DNA of 61,721 bases, the filler included, from Stramenopiles sp. TOSAG23-3 (lineage: Eukaryota), in NCBI GenBank assembly GCA_900128585.1. It is 23 parts of 23 records of this genome, joined end to end, with 100 filler letters (N's around TTAATTAATTAA, not from the genome) between each part and the next. Parts side by side here need not be neighbours in the genome. Positions count along the whole stretch, not along the records: positions 21,616 to 24,205 come from LT644706.1; positions 24,306 to 26,894 come from LT644707.1; positions 26,995 to 29,582 come from LT644708.1; positions 29,683 to 32,269 come from LT644709.1; 19 more parts are not named here. One strand, written 5' to 3'. The notes beneath the pieces were generated by a model, which ran no database searches, was not told where the DNA came from, and saw nothing but the letters and a program-made list of their open reading frames with translations. Shown here piece after piece: positions 22,159 to 32,369 of this stretch (position 1 is the first letter of the stretch; every line of letters starts with the position of its first letter). The position numbers and the translations under genes were made by a program.

Positions 22159-24129
22159 ATGTCCCGTCCACCCTCGGCGACAAGCACTCGGGGAAGTCGT
22201 TCGTCCAGGCGCTCTCGCCCCGGGTCGGGGAAAAAGATAGTAGTGCGGACAGAGGAAGAGCGAAAGCAATTGGAGAAAGAGGCGTTACAAAGAGAGACGT
22301 TTGCCAAGCATGTAAGGATGTCCAGGAAAGAGGCGAAGAAGATTGTTCGCCGACTTCGAAAACGTGTTCGGGAGTGGCATAAACAGGACGAAACCGAGCG
22401 GTACGGCGTTGACATTGGGGAAGAGGTCAGCGCCCAAGTTCAGCGTTGTGCGAATTTTGCGGCGGTAGATCAAGAGGTTATTGATGATATGGTTGTGAAT
22501 AAGGCGCCGAAAGCGTTAATCGAGTGGATGGCCGAAGAACCTAAATTTAGCAACATTATTGGCTGGTCGACATTTCTCCTTGGAACTATGTGCGCTGGGA
22601 ACCACGAAACGTACGGCAAGGACTGCCAGGCCTTGGGGGCAATCGAAAAAATAGTGGAGGGCATGCGGCAGCACCGCCTGGTCCCTGCCAATCAGTGGAT
22701 GGGTCTTAAGGCAATTTTTGAAATAATGGGCTCTAGTCCAGACGCACAGAAAGTAATGACGGGGTGCGACGGTATACGGCTTATTGTGAAAGCCTTGAGG
22801 AACCACCCTCGCGACAATAAGGTTCAATACCACGGGTACTTGCTCTTGGGCAACATGTGCCACAGCAACCGTTCGAACATGGCAAAAGCGTTAGAAGTAG
22901 GGGCGGGGAGGGTCATAGGAATGGGTATGAACAACCACCAAGGTGATGTTGCAGTGCTTCGAAACGGAGCCTACTGTTTGAGCATTTTAAGCTTTGAAAA
23001 CATTCCACTGCAGCGGCAAATAATCGACGCCATGGGCCTGGTCCCTTTGGTGCAGGGAATGTGCGCCCACATCAAAGACACGGAACTTCAAAAGTGGGCC
23101 ACCCTCGCGCTCAGCAATTTGGTCGGTGCAGACGGTCAAAATCAAGAGGATATGGTCAAAGTTGAGTGTGAACGAGCGCTTATATTTGCCATGCAGTTTC
23201 ATAACAGCCACTTCGAAGTGCTGGAGTACGCGATGACCGCACTGACTCGTATAGCAAAGGACAACGCAGTGACGCAGCTAGCGATCGCAGAATCCGACGG
23301 GGTCCGACATATTGTCAAAGCAATGAGGCGCCACCGCACCGTTGAAGAAGTTCAGGTTTTAGGAATCATAGCCATTGATCGATTAGGATCCCCGACGTCG
23401 ATTCCAATAACTGAAACGGGTTTCAAGATACAAAAGGAAACGGTCGACTCCAAGGGGCCGACCGTGATTATGGCCGCAATGAAGAGTTTTCCTGAATCGT
23501 ACGAGATAGCAGAATATGGACTGCGGGCGTTGGCAAACCTGGGCCTTCGAAATGACGAAACCCAGCAAGTAAACATTCAAGATGGGGCTTTGGATCTGAC
23601 ATGCGAAACAATGAAGCGTTTCCGAGAGAATTCGGAGGTTCAAGTCCTCGGGGCTTACATGATCGGAGTCCATGCCGCTTTTGCACTGAACAACCGAACC
23701 GTTTTGAACCCCACGACCGGAACGACCCGATTTTTGAAAACGGACGTCGTGCAAACTTTGTTGGACTCCATGGCTGCACATGAAAGTGAAGAAGACGTAC
23801 AGTGCATGTGCTTGGCTGCTCTGGGGAGCATAGGCCATACAAACCATAATAACGTAGTGGAGATACCTCATCGAGGGTCTATTGAGGCTGTGGAAAGTGC
23901 CCTGAAACGATTCCCAGATAACGATCTCTTGCAAAATTGGGGGTATACTGTGCTGGGGCATAGCCACGCCCTCGACTTTGCGGATACGATGGGGACTAGA
24001 AATCGATGGCTTGGGCGAGAGAAACCGCCGGGAAAAGCTGTTATACCTAGCCCCATAGTCCGAGCAAGGGTAGCGCGAAGGAAGCAGAAGGGGTACTATA
24101 TTTGGAAGCCGAGCGAGGAAGAGACCTAA
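22159..24129 (+). CDS. Armadillo-repeat protein (aardvark/LRRK2-ARM-like)
   Basis: 656-aa ORF with ~43-aa repeats such as GIRLIVKALRNHPRDNKVQ, GVRHIVKAMRRHRTVEEVQ and AIEKIVEGMRQH. Confidence 0.85.
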   Translation: MSRPPSATSTRGSRSSRRSRPGSGKKIVVRTEEERKQLEKEALQRETFAKHVRMSRKEAKKIVRRLRKRVREWHKQDETERYGVDIGEEVSAQVQRCANFAAVDQEVIDDMVVNKAPKALIEWMAEEPKFSNIIGWSTFLLGTMCAGNHETYGKDCQALGAIEKIVEGMRQHRLVPANQWMGLKAIFEIMGSSPDAQKVMTGCDGIRLIVKALRNHPRDNKVQYHGYLLLGNMCHSNRSNMAKALEVGAGRVIGMGMNNHQGDVAVLRNGAYCLSILSFENIPLQRQIIDAMGLVPLVQGMCAHIKDTELQKWATLALSNLVGADGQNQEDMVKVECERALIFAMQFHNSHFEVLEYAMTALTRIAKDNAVTQLAIAESDGVRHIVKAMRRHRTVEEVQVLGIIAIDRLGSPTSIPITETGFKIQKETVDSKGPTVIMAAMKSFPESYEIAEYGLRALANLGLRNDETQQVNIQDGALDLTCETMKRFRENSEVQVLGAYMIGVHAAFALNNRTVLNPTTGTTRFLKTDVVQTLLDSMAAHESEEDVQCMCLAALGSIGHTNHNNVVEIPHRGSIEAVESALKRFPDNDLLQNWGYTVLGHSHALDFADTMGTRNRWLGREKPPGKAVIPSPIVRARVARRKQKGYYIWKPSEEET

Positions 24130-24307
24130 AGGAGTGGGTCTGTAAATTTTAAGTAATTTAAGAATTTTTTCTTAGACTCTTAAAACAAAATTATGGCTGT
24201 TATTTNNNNNNNNNNNNNNNNNNNNNNNNNNNNNNNNNNNNNNNNNNNNTTAATTAATTAANNNNNNNNNNNNNNNNNNNNNNNNNNNNNNNNNNNNNNN
24301 NNNNNCG

Positions 24308-25678
24308 ATGAAAGGACTCTCCAGCTCACAGGCCTTGGATGCCATTAGAAGTTCGACCATACCACGTACCGTCCGGTTCAGATCGACGGTTAAGCGAGAC
24401 CAGCCAAATTTGGTAGACATCCCCGACGAGCTGACGATAGAGAAGAAAGAGCATTTGCAAGTGCTGGGCGGGAAGCAAGGCGTCCTCGCCCGGCTGCCCT
24501 ACGCGACGGCGCTGTTCGGGCCAACGAAGGGTGTTGGGGTAGGCGGCACGGGAAAATTTTCTGTGGCGCCTTCAAAGGGGTTCGACTGGTGCCAACCGTA
24601 CGAAGTCGTTTTCGCGGAACCGAGGGACGCGTGCAGTGCCCTTGCGAGCGAAGAGTCGTTGAAGAACAAAGTCGTATTTGTTCATAGGGGCAAGTGCAGC
24701 TTTGTTACAAAAGCCTGGCAACTGCAATCCGCGGACGCGGTTGCCATGGTCGTGGTGAACCTGGACGGGTCCCTTTTTAGAATGCCAGAGGGGGACCAAG
24801 ATACCGACGGGTTAAGTCTGGCATCGTTTATGCTCCAGCTGGACGCGTTGATGATGCTCGAACCGCTGGCGATGTCGCCTGAAAACAGCGAAAAGTTGCG
24901 CGTCCGGTTCATAAACCCGGAAGTGTGCACAGACCTGAACGCGTCCACGGCGCGAATTTTGGAGACCCTGAACAGCTCTGTGTCTGTTGGCGTCGACGGG
25001 TCGATGTCCGGCATTAGCGACGCAGCCGTGGTTGAGGATAGCAAGTTTCTTGGCGGGGAGCTAACCGTTTTTGGAAAGGGTAATTCCCGGCTAGGGTCCG
25101 AATTTTTGCACTTTCAAACCGGTTCAAAAGCGTTGCCTCCGAAGGCCGTCACGTTGGTGGAGGCAAGCCAGTCGAACGCTTGCAACGCCATTGAGAAAGT
25201 TCCCCCTGAAGCGTGGCTTTTGGTAGACCGAGGAGGTTGCTCGTTCCATGAGAAGATACAAAACGCCAAAGTTGCTGGCGCGGGGGGAGTCGTGATCGTC
25301 AACGACATCCCCGGCATCGTACACGGGAAAGGGGTGCTGGGCGGAACGATCGTAGAAAACGACGACGGTTCGCACTTGCCGACCGTAATGGTGACATCTT
25401 CCTTTGGCCGCAGCATTAGGAACAAAGTTGGCCTCCCGGCCGTCGTTCAGCTTGCCTTCAAGCCCCACGTCGTGAGCCAATGGAATGCTTTGCTGGAATT
25501 GGAAAATGCAAAGAATTGGCCAGAGGGGGCGGGCGAGCGAAGAGCCATTTTTAAATCGTTAAGTTTGCAGAACCACCCGGACAAAAGCGGTGGAAATGAG
25601 GAACGTTTTTCGTATTTACGCCGGCTGTTCGAAGCCATCAATTCGGGCCAAGACGTAAGCCGAGAAGGGATGCTATGA
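24308..25678 (+). CDS. C-terminal part of a protein with a PDZ-like end, two PA domains and a C-terminal J-domain-like HPD segment
   Basis: ALDAIRSSTIPRTVRF (PDZ end); PA motifs KVVFVHRGKCSFVTKAWQLQSADAVAMVVVN and LLVDRGGCSFHEKIQNAKVAGAGGVVIVND; FKSLSLQNHPDKSGGNEERF. Confidence 0.8.
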   Translation: MKGLSSSQALDAIRSSTIPRTVRFRSTVKRDQPNLVDIPDELTIEKKEHLQVLGGKQGVLARLPYATALFGPTKGVGVGGTGKFSVAPSKGFDWCQPYEVVFAEPRDACSALASEESLKNKVVFVHRGKCSFVTKAWQLQSADAVAMVVVNLDGSLFRMPEGDQDTDGLSLASFMLQLDALMMLEPLAMSPENSEKLRVRFINPEVCTDLNASTARILETLNSSVSVGVDGSMSGISDAAVVEDSKFLGGELTVFGKGNSRLGSEFLHFQTGSKALPPKAVTLVEASQSNACNAIEKVPPEAWLLVDRGGCSFHEKIQNAKVAGAGGVVIVNDIPGIVHGKGVLGGTIVENDDGSHLPTVMVTSSFGRSIRNKVGLPAVVQLAFKPHVVSQWNALLELENAKNWPEGAGERRAIFKSLSLQNHPDKSGGNEERFSYLRRLFEAINSGQDVSREGML

Positions 25679-25826
25679 GAAGGGAGTGTTAATTATTCGT
25701 CTATCCAAAAATCTATATTTTATACTTATACACATCTAGTCTTTTTTCTAAAAAGAACAATAAATTGTTTAAGAGTTCAAATGTTGAACTATAAATTTTG
25801 TATTAAATTATTCACAACCCGCGAGT

Positions 25827-26894
25827 CTACAGTTTCTTCTCGCAATGCGTTGGGCACGTCTGGCAAAAGTTCTTAGACTTTGAATTTTTCCCAGAAAACA
25901 GCTCGTCTCGCAACTCCCAGCCTGCTTTGCAGGAGTCCACGCACGTTCGCACCCACTGGTCCTTTGCCCCGTTTGCATCTTTGGGCATCGTTCCATTCTT
26001 GCCATTCTTGTATATATCGTACCCGTACTCGTCCGGTTTCAGAAATATTTGGTCCACAGTCTCGTCACAGTATTGCGCGCAATCTTTTACGCTGGGGATG
26101 CCCCTCAAGAGTGCCTCGCGGCACCCATTGATGCAGCCAGAGCGGTCGATTCCCGCATCGGTTTTCTGCGACGTTTCGCACATACGTAAGCACGGGTGCC
26201 ACTTTCGCAAGTCTTCGCACGCGTCGTCTTTTTCCGTCTCTCCCGCAACGGCGTGCAAGTAGGACAAGTCCTTTGCAGCCTGCCGCGCTTTGCATACACC
26301 ACCGCACGGCACGGCCTCCTCGGTCCCCGTCACCGCCCCCGACTTGGAGTAGGCGGCCACCGATTTCGCCGGTACAACTGTGGAGCAACAAAGGGTGCAT
26401 GCTTTTGTCCACGTTTTGGCATCGGGCTCTTCGCCCGGTATGTCTTTCAACACTTGACTTCTGGTCTTTTCGCAAAATTCTGGGCACTGGTCGTCGGAGT
26501 GCAAGACGGTGGTTGGGTCAGCTATCTCGGCGTTCGGCGGGGGATGCTCTTGCCTCTCGTCCCCGAGCACGATCCCCTCCTTGATGAGCTGCTGCAAAAC
26601 CGCGTCGTCCCGCGCAACTAATTCCTCCGCCACGACTGGGTTCTTTTCGTCGAACTCCAGGTTCGCGTTGTGAATGACCGCCCGCATGATGTCACGCGTG
26701 GACGGGGATGCCGAAGCTTTCTTTTGCAATTCAAAAATGTTGGGGTTCTCCTTTTTCATCTCTCCCAAAAGGTCCTTCCTCAACTCCTTCATCGTGGCAG
26801 CGTCGATGGCTTTGGGCTTCCCGCCGGACCGCTCCCCTGCCTCGACAAACGCGGGCAAGCTCTTCCCGTTCAGCGCCGTCTCCTTCAAGTACTG
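25827..26894 (-). CDS. Hypothetical Cys-rich protein, 5' partial
   Basis: Open ORF of more than 353 aa with repeated CxxxC pairs. No family recognised. Confidence 0.7.
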   Translation of the reverse strand, partial: QYLKETALNGKSLPAFVEAGERSGGKPKAIDAATMKELRKDLLGEMKKENPNIFELQKKASASPSTRDIMRAVIHNANLEFDEKNPVVAEELVARDDAVLQQLIKEGIVLGDERQEHPPPNAEIADPTTVLHSDDQCPEFCEKTRSQVLKDIPGEEPDAKTWTKACTLCCSTVVPAKSVAAYSKSGAVTGTEEAVPCGGVCKARQAAKDLSYLHAVAGETEKDDACEDLRKWHPCLRMCETSQKTDAGIDRSGCINGCREALLRGIPSVKDCAQYCDETVDQIFLKPDEYGYDIYKNGKNGTMPKDANGAKDQWVRTCVDSCKAGWELRDELFSGKNSKSKNFCQTCPTHCEKKL

Positions 26895-27069
26895 NNNNNN
26901 NNNNNNNNNNNNNNNNNNNNNNNNNNNNNNNNNNNNNNTTAATTAATTAANNNNNNNNNNNNNNNNNNNNNNNNNNNNNNNNNNNNNNNNNNNNCCCCCC
27001 CCCCCCCACCACCACCGCCCACCCACACACGGCTTCCTCATTCGCTTTTTGCTATACTAAATAAACGAT

Positions 27070-28647
27070 ATGGGGAAAAAATCAACAGAAGCAAAAATGC
27101 GGCAGTGGACCAGTCCTGCAGTGTCAGACGTGGTCGAAGCATTTGAAAATAGAGTACAAAGTGCAGTCGAGCGGCATCGTGGCAATCGAGACAGGCTTGT
27201 GGAAGAAAACAGGTGCATGGAAATGAAAATGGAAAGGATGAGGACTGCATATAACGATTTGAAACTAAATGCTGAGGCAGTAGTGCAAAGCGAAGATGAT
27301 GACCAACTTGATGTCTGGGCACAGAAAAATGGTTCGATTGAGGTCGAGAGTGAAAAAGAAAGGTACAAAACAAAAGTGTTGCAATTCATGAAAACCCGGG
27401 AAGAATCAATAGAAATGGAGCTACGAAAGCGAAATAGGAGAACCGAGGAATACTACAAAGCAGCATTCAATGCTGCAAGGGAAAAACAGAGGGAAAAGCG
27501 GGCGAAATCGGAGCTATTGGCAAACGCAAGGGAATCGTTGCAGTCGACAAAACAGCACATAAATGAAAATATAACACAATGGCGCAAACTTATTGCACAG
27601 CGACAAGAAGAGCAAAAGCTGAGGGAGGAGTTTGCAACCTTTTGTACTCGTCTCCTTGAGGAAAAAGAAGTTGAACAAGACACTATCACTATGCATGACA
27701 AAAAAAAAATGCTGATTTTACAGATTAGCAGTATCCTAAAACAAAAACTATTCAAAGAGAACGAACTGTACAATGATGAACGAATGTACGAAGAAGCTTT
27801 TGAGCGCATTGGATTTTCGATAGGCGTGAAAAAAATCGACCCTTCTGCAATCATCCAACGGTGCCTTCACCATGAAATAGTTAACAATGAATTGCACTCT
27901 CGGCAAGAGAAGGAACAAGAAAAAATAGATTCCTTGAAGGAAGAGTTAGCCATGCTCGAAAAGTCATGGAATAGCGAATTTTATGGACACGAGCGTACGT
28001 CGTATAGACATGTCAAAGAAATCGAGAATGGCCTGGCAAAAACTCTAAAGGAAAGACAGGCATGCGTGGACGAATATAATTTTTTAAATATGCATCTACA
28101 GTCTGTAAAGTTGAATCTTTCACATTTGTCTAATCGTGTTCTAACAATGGGGATGAGTCTGGAAACCGATGACCACTATACATATCTCGTTGGTGCGATC
28201 GCAGGGGAACTAAGAAAATTAATTAAAAAGAGGGGTAAAGAACCACCACCCGTCGCTGAAAAAGTAAAATTTAATAATCACAAAAGTGATTTCGGTTTAT
28301 TTCCAGATGCATGGTCAGCACTCGAGGCATCACTATCGCGCCACAATTTACGCATTAACATCTTAGAGGTGATAAATCGCCCCGGGTGTAATGTATGGAA
28401 CATAGGTGAAAATCATGTTGCTATCACAGAAAAACACGTGTTAGAATTAGGAGAAAACAAGAAGAAAGACAGTGACACAGTGAATCGAGTTGCTGCAAAA
28501 CGGAGATCGCGTGCTTTCGTCAAACACGTCTTGAAACGGGACGGAAAAAAATCAAGTTTTGCAAAGCAAGTGGAAAAAAGCAATAGATTGCACGAGGTTT
28601 CAGTATCAAAACGCGAGAGGCGTGTTTCGAAGCATTTGAAAATATAA
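27070..28647 (+). CDS. Coiled-coil protein, possibly outer-dynein-arm docking complex related (CCDC151/CCDC114-like)
   Basis: 525-aa E/K/R-rich coiled coil. YEEAFERIGFSIGV..IIQR and a late HNLRI segment resemble ODA-DC family members. Confidence 0.5.
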   Translation: MGKKSTEAKMRQWTSPAVSDVVEAFENRVQSAVERHRGNRDRLVEENRCMEMKMERMRTAYNDLKLNAEAVVQSEDDDQLDVWAQKNGSIEVESEKERYKTKVLQFMKTREESIEMELRKRNRRTEEYYKAAFNAAREKQREKRAKSELLANARESLQSTKQHINENITQWRKLIAQRQEEQKLREEFATFCTRLLEEKEVEQDTITMHDKKKMLILQISSILKQKLFKENELYNDERMYEEAFERIGFSIGVKKIDPSAIIQRCLHHEIVNNELHSRQEKEQEKIDSLKEELAMLEKSWNSEFYGHERTSYRHVKEIENGLAKTLKERQACVDEYNFLNMHLQSVKLNLSHLSNRVLTMGMSLETDDHYTYLVGAIAGELRKLIKKRGKEPPPVAEKVKFNNHKSDFGLFPDAWSALEASLSRHNLRINILEVINRPGCNVWNIGENHVAITEKHVLELGENKKKDSDTVNRVAAKRRSRAFVKHVLKRDGKKSSFAKQVEKSNRLHEVSVSKRERRVSKHLKI

Positions 28648-28746
28648 TCTTAATCAAATATAGACTAAACAAATGTCAAAATCCGTACGTAACGGGTGAA
28701 TCACCTGCCGGTGTCTCTAAAACTTGGACCAAACTCCATGGACGAT

Positions 28747-29002
28747 GATAATCTATCCCCCCCAACATCACAAGAGCCGAACAGATCCAAGCAACCAAAA
28801 AACAAATTTAGCCGCTGTTTGAACTCTGGGGATGATGTGGAAATGGATCCTACAGCTACCTCCGCTAAGTGTAACCAAGTGCTTCACCGGCCGGGTTTTC
28901 CAGCATTTGGACCCAATTTAAGAGACGCGGATAATCTATCCCCCCCAACACCAAAAGAGTCGTACAGAACCAGGCAATCAAAAAACAATTCTAGCCGCTG
29001 TT
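28747..29002 (+). repeat. Two diverged ~73-bp direct repeats 183 bp apart inside a short low-complexity ORF (28696-29157)
   Basis: GATAATCTATCCCCCCCAACA...TAGCCGCTGTT at 28747-28819 and 28930-29002, encoding DNLSPPT..KN..SRC twice. Confidence 0.8.
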
Positions 29003-29683
29003 CGATTTTCGGAAATAAAGGGAAGAATGATTCTCCAAGTGACTCTGATGAGTTCGGCGAAGAAGTGATCTACTCACATGAGTCTCCAGAGGCGGCTGAA
29101 ATTATCACAGACTTTGACTGGGATTTGGGTCGAGTTGTTGCGTACAGATCACCTTAAACAAGAAAAGAAATATTACCACTTGGTAGTAATTCTTTTCATC
29201 GGAATATACATAATTCCTCAGTGATTGACAATCAACGAAACGAAATTAAAAAATCAAATTAAAACATCAAGATAGGATCAGGGTTGGAACTGAAATTGTA
29301 ATCGATTTAAAATGAGAGTCTTAAAGCATACTATATATATATTTTTTTCCAAAATCCGTACTTTTTTTGTATCATACGTTTTTTATTTTACGATTATTAT
29401 ACTTGGAAATGAAAGTAGTGCAAACCTTTTCCTGAAGCGAAAACTAAACCACCATATTGGGGAAGACTAATTCTTGGCATCCTGTCAGGTATTAGGTAAT
29501 TGCAAAATCCCCTGCTGATACTAGTCCAGGGACCAAAAATTAACGAAAACGAAAACGAAATATATGAAAATAAGGAAATAATNNNNNNNNNNNNNNNNNN
29601 NNNNNNNNNNNNNNNNNNNNNNNNNNTTAATTAATTAANNNNNNNNNNNNNNNNNNNNNNNNNNNNNNNNNNNNNNNNNNNNG

Positions 29684-30067
29684 TACCATGGCGCTCGGAA
29701 TTTACAGCTGGCGTGCATGGACTTCTTCCTTCGGCCAAAAACCCAGCGGGCATTGCCGTCGTCCGCAAAGTCGTACAAAGAAATGATCGACGACATTTTA
29801 AACAAGCGATGGAAAAGCCTTGGGGTCCAATCGATCAGAAAAGTGGCAAACCCTCCTGCAACCGAAGAAAGTGCGTCCTTGCCAGTCAACCCAATCGCCC
29901 ACGCCCCAGAAGTGCAGGTGCTCCAAGTGCCGGACGAAGATTTGATGGATTTGTTCGTTGACGAGGACGAGGAGGACGAGGAAGAAATAGAGGAGGAGGA
30001 GGACGACGACGAAGAAGGCAATGTTGTTGAAGAGAATCCAGATGAACTGGATCCTGCAATTGCATGA
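29684..30067 (+). CDS. 3' end of an unknown gene with an acidic tail
   Basis: Open from contig start: YHGARNLQLACMDFFLRPK...DEDEEDEEEIEEEEDDDEE...AIA*. Confidence 0.6.
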   Translation, partial: YHGARNLQLACMDFFLRPKTQRALPSSAKSYKEMIDDILNKRWKSLGVQSIRKVANPPATEESASLPVNPIAHAPEVQVLQVPDEDLMDLFVDEDEEDEEEIEEEEDDDEEGNVVEENPDELDPAIA

Positions 30068-30788
30068 AGAGTATATAGGCTGCGTGTGTGACATCTTGGG
30101 TGCTTGTACAGCATCATTTTAAAAACTATTTCAAAAACTATACATAAGCTTTAATACGTATGATACTTGGTTCTATTTTGTTTGTTTTTCATTTCTTGTA
30201 GAGTTAAATAACAGCCAATTTTCTTGCTTGAATGATGGGCAAGATAATAGGTAAAGAAGATCGCACTACACGAAGGAACGTAAACCTTTAATGGACAAAA
30301 GGAGCAAATTTCAATCAATCAATCAAATAAATATCGCAGAAAGTTCTTCTTCAATGGTGTACACCTGTTCTAGCTGACATCAAAACTAAACTAGTCGTCT
30401 AACTACTAACAACACAAAAAAAGCAAAAAAATGATTTTTTTAGCGTCCTACCTTTTTCACTGTGTGTCTCCTCTGTTGTTTCTTGTTGTTCACACATCTA
30501 TCATCATCTCGTTTTTTGTTTTGTTTTTTTGTTATTAATTAGCTTATTGTATTATAAGTGTGTTTTGAGTCTTGAAGGTTTGGTTCGGTAGATTTGTTAC
30601 CTTCGAAACGAAAACGAGTTCATCTTTCAATTTCGTAGCTTGTCTACCATGCATGTCTTCAGATATATACTGTAAAAACATTTCATATCTCAAGGAGATG
30701 TTGGAAATCGGAGAGACGAAGGAGTCTGCCCCTACTTCGAGTTTTGGTAGAGTGCCACTTCTTGAGTTCCATTCTGTAAACGGCAGGG

Positions 30789-32084
30789 GTGGGGGGGGCG
30801 GCAAGTGGTAGTCTGGAAAATGCCTCTAAACGCAACTTCATCTGCCGTGTCTTGCCTATGTATTTTGCTTGTGCCGTCTTTGCTATTGTCATTTTCACAC
30901 TATTCTTTTTCACGTCCCACCAGGACGAGCAAAAGCTCATATTTTTGTACCGCGACGCAGGGGAATTTTATGGACTGTACCCGGTTCAGCAGAAAATGCT
31001 AGAAGAGCAAAGCAAGCGGAAGCTAAATAGTTTGCGGAAACTTACAATAGTAGGGGTTGTCATAGACGGTGGCACAGCGCCTTTAGATAGCCCGCGTTTC
31101 CCCGGAGTAAGACTGTTATCTTCATACGGAGTTCATATGGGCCCGGCAGAGAGGCAGAGAAATGCTTCCATACCGGACCTGGACGTTTTCGTCAGGTCAG
31201 TTGCAGGCACGAGCCCCGGTGCAAAGGGGTTGCTGGTGAGTGGAATGGTCAGTCAGGGTCAGATCGACATAGCCGTTGAATTGAAGGGGCGAGCCTTCAA
31301 AGTTTTTGGGTTTGATGACGGGTTCTCTCTATGGAGTGACTCATCATGGCCGGGCATGATGGCGAAACAAGGCGCGCTAACGGACCTCATGGTGACGGCC
31401 TCCGAGCTGAAGGGGGAAGTCGAACGGCGCCAGGTAGAGAAAGAGCTGCCGTCCACATTTTCCACAAGCGTTGTCGGGTCTCCAACTTTTTTAGAGTGGG
31501 AAGAGAAAACAGAGAAGAAATCCCAAGAGGAGCTCTTTGAAGTGCGCCAGTACATGTTTGGAGAGCAGGACCCACATTTCCAGCGCCCAGGCTGCCTGTT
31601 CTTTGGCGGGTACGGAGAAGGTTATTATACTGCAGTATCAATATTTGCCAAGGCGGCAGCCGAGCTGAAGACGAAAATGTCGTTTGCTTTCGTGGCGCAT
31701 CCTGGACCATTCAATACCAGCAGAGAGCGGTCAATTTTTGACTTGCATGGGGCTCAAGTTAAGGTCTTAAACCGGTCAAAAGAAAGCACGGCTGTTTTTG
31801 CAAAGGTTGCAAATGTCACCGCCTCGCAAGGAAGTACCTGTGGCCCGCAAAGTCTGTCCATTGGCGTCAATTCCGTGTACGTGTTGCCGATAGGAGCAGT
31901 GACAACAGACGTCTTTGCTAAGAATGGCCTGATTCCAATTGCCAGGAATGGTTCAGCAGCAGCTACCAAATTTGAAAAATTGGCCAGCAAACCTTTTGAC
32001 AGGAAGGAGCTCTCAAAGGCAGGAATACCTAGCAATTCGTTGCAGCTGATTGTCGAGAAAGTGAAGGCGTGCGTCTACTCATAA
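30789..32084 (+). CDS. Type II membrane protein, possibly a GT-B-fold glycosyltransferase-like enzyme; true start probably ATG 30653 across a poly-G indel
   Basis: 431-aa ORF with an N-terminal TM and VVGSPTF, LFFGGYG, FVAHPG, GSTCGPQSL motifs. The upstream ORF (30653-30811) overlaps it at a G8 run. Confidence 0.55.
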   Translation: MGGAASGSLENASKRNFICRVLPMYFACAVFAIVIFTLFFFTSHQDEQKLIFLYRDAGEFYGLYPVQQKMLEEQSKRKLNSLRKLTIVGVVIDGGTAPLDSPRFPGVRLLSSYGVHMGPAERQRNASIPDLDVFVRSVAGTSPGAKGLLVSGMVSQGQIDIAVELKGRAFKVFGFDDGFSLWSDSSWPGMMAKQGALTDLMVTASELKGEVERRQVEKELPSTFSTSVVGSPTFLEWEEKTEKKSQEELFEVRQYMFGEQDPHFQRPGCLFFGGYGEGYYTAVSIFAKAAAELKTKMSFAFVAHPGPFNTSRERSIFDLHGAQVKVLNRSKESTAVFAKVANVTASQGSTCGPQSLSIGVNSVYVLPIGAVTTDVFAKNGLIPIARNGSAAATKFEKLASKPFDRKELSKAGIPSNSLQLIVEKVKACVYS

Positions 32085-32168
32085 AAGTTTAAATGAAAGT
32101 AATGTGTCATATATAAGTATGATATCATATATGTATGTATGATATAAAAAAAACATTTTATATAAAAA

Positions 32169-32189
32169 CAAGAAAATTGGCTGTTATTT
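32169..32189 (+). promoter_or_regulatory. Conserved 3'-intergenic motif CAAGAAAATTGGCTGTTATTT (representative copy)
   Basis: Exact copies also at 30206-30226(-), 45060-45080(-), 48589-48609(+) and 51996-52016(-). Variants at 52029-52048(-), 59232-59246(-), 24186-24205(+) and 33877-33887(-). Function is inferred only. Confidence 0.6.
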
Positions 32190-32369
32190 ATAAGTAATTA
32201 AATTTAGCTTCTTCGTACCCTAAACCTAACTTGGTTCTGTAATTTTGTTTCATTGTTGGTTGTCAATCANNNNNNNNNNNNNNNNNNNNNNNNNNNNNNN
32301 NNNNNNNNNNNNNTTAATTAATTAANNNNNNNNNNNNNNNNNNNNNNNNNNNNNNNNNNNNNNNNNNNN

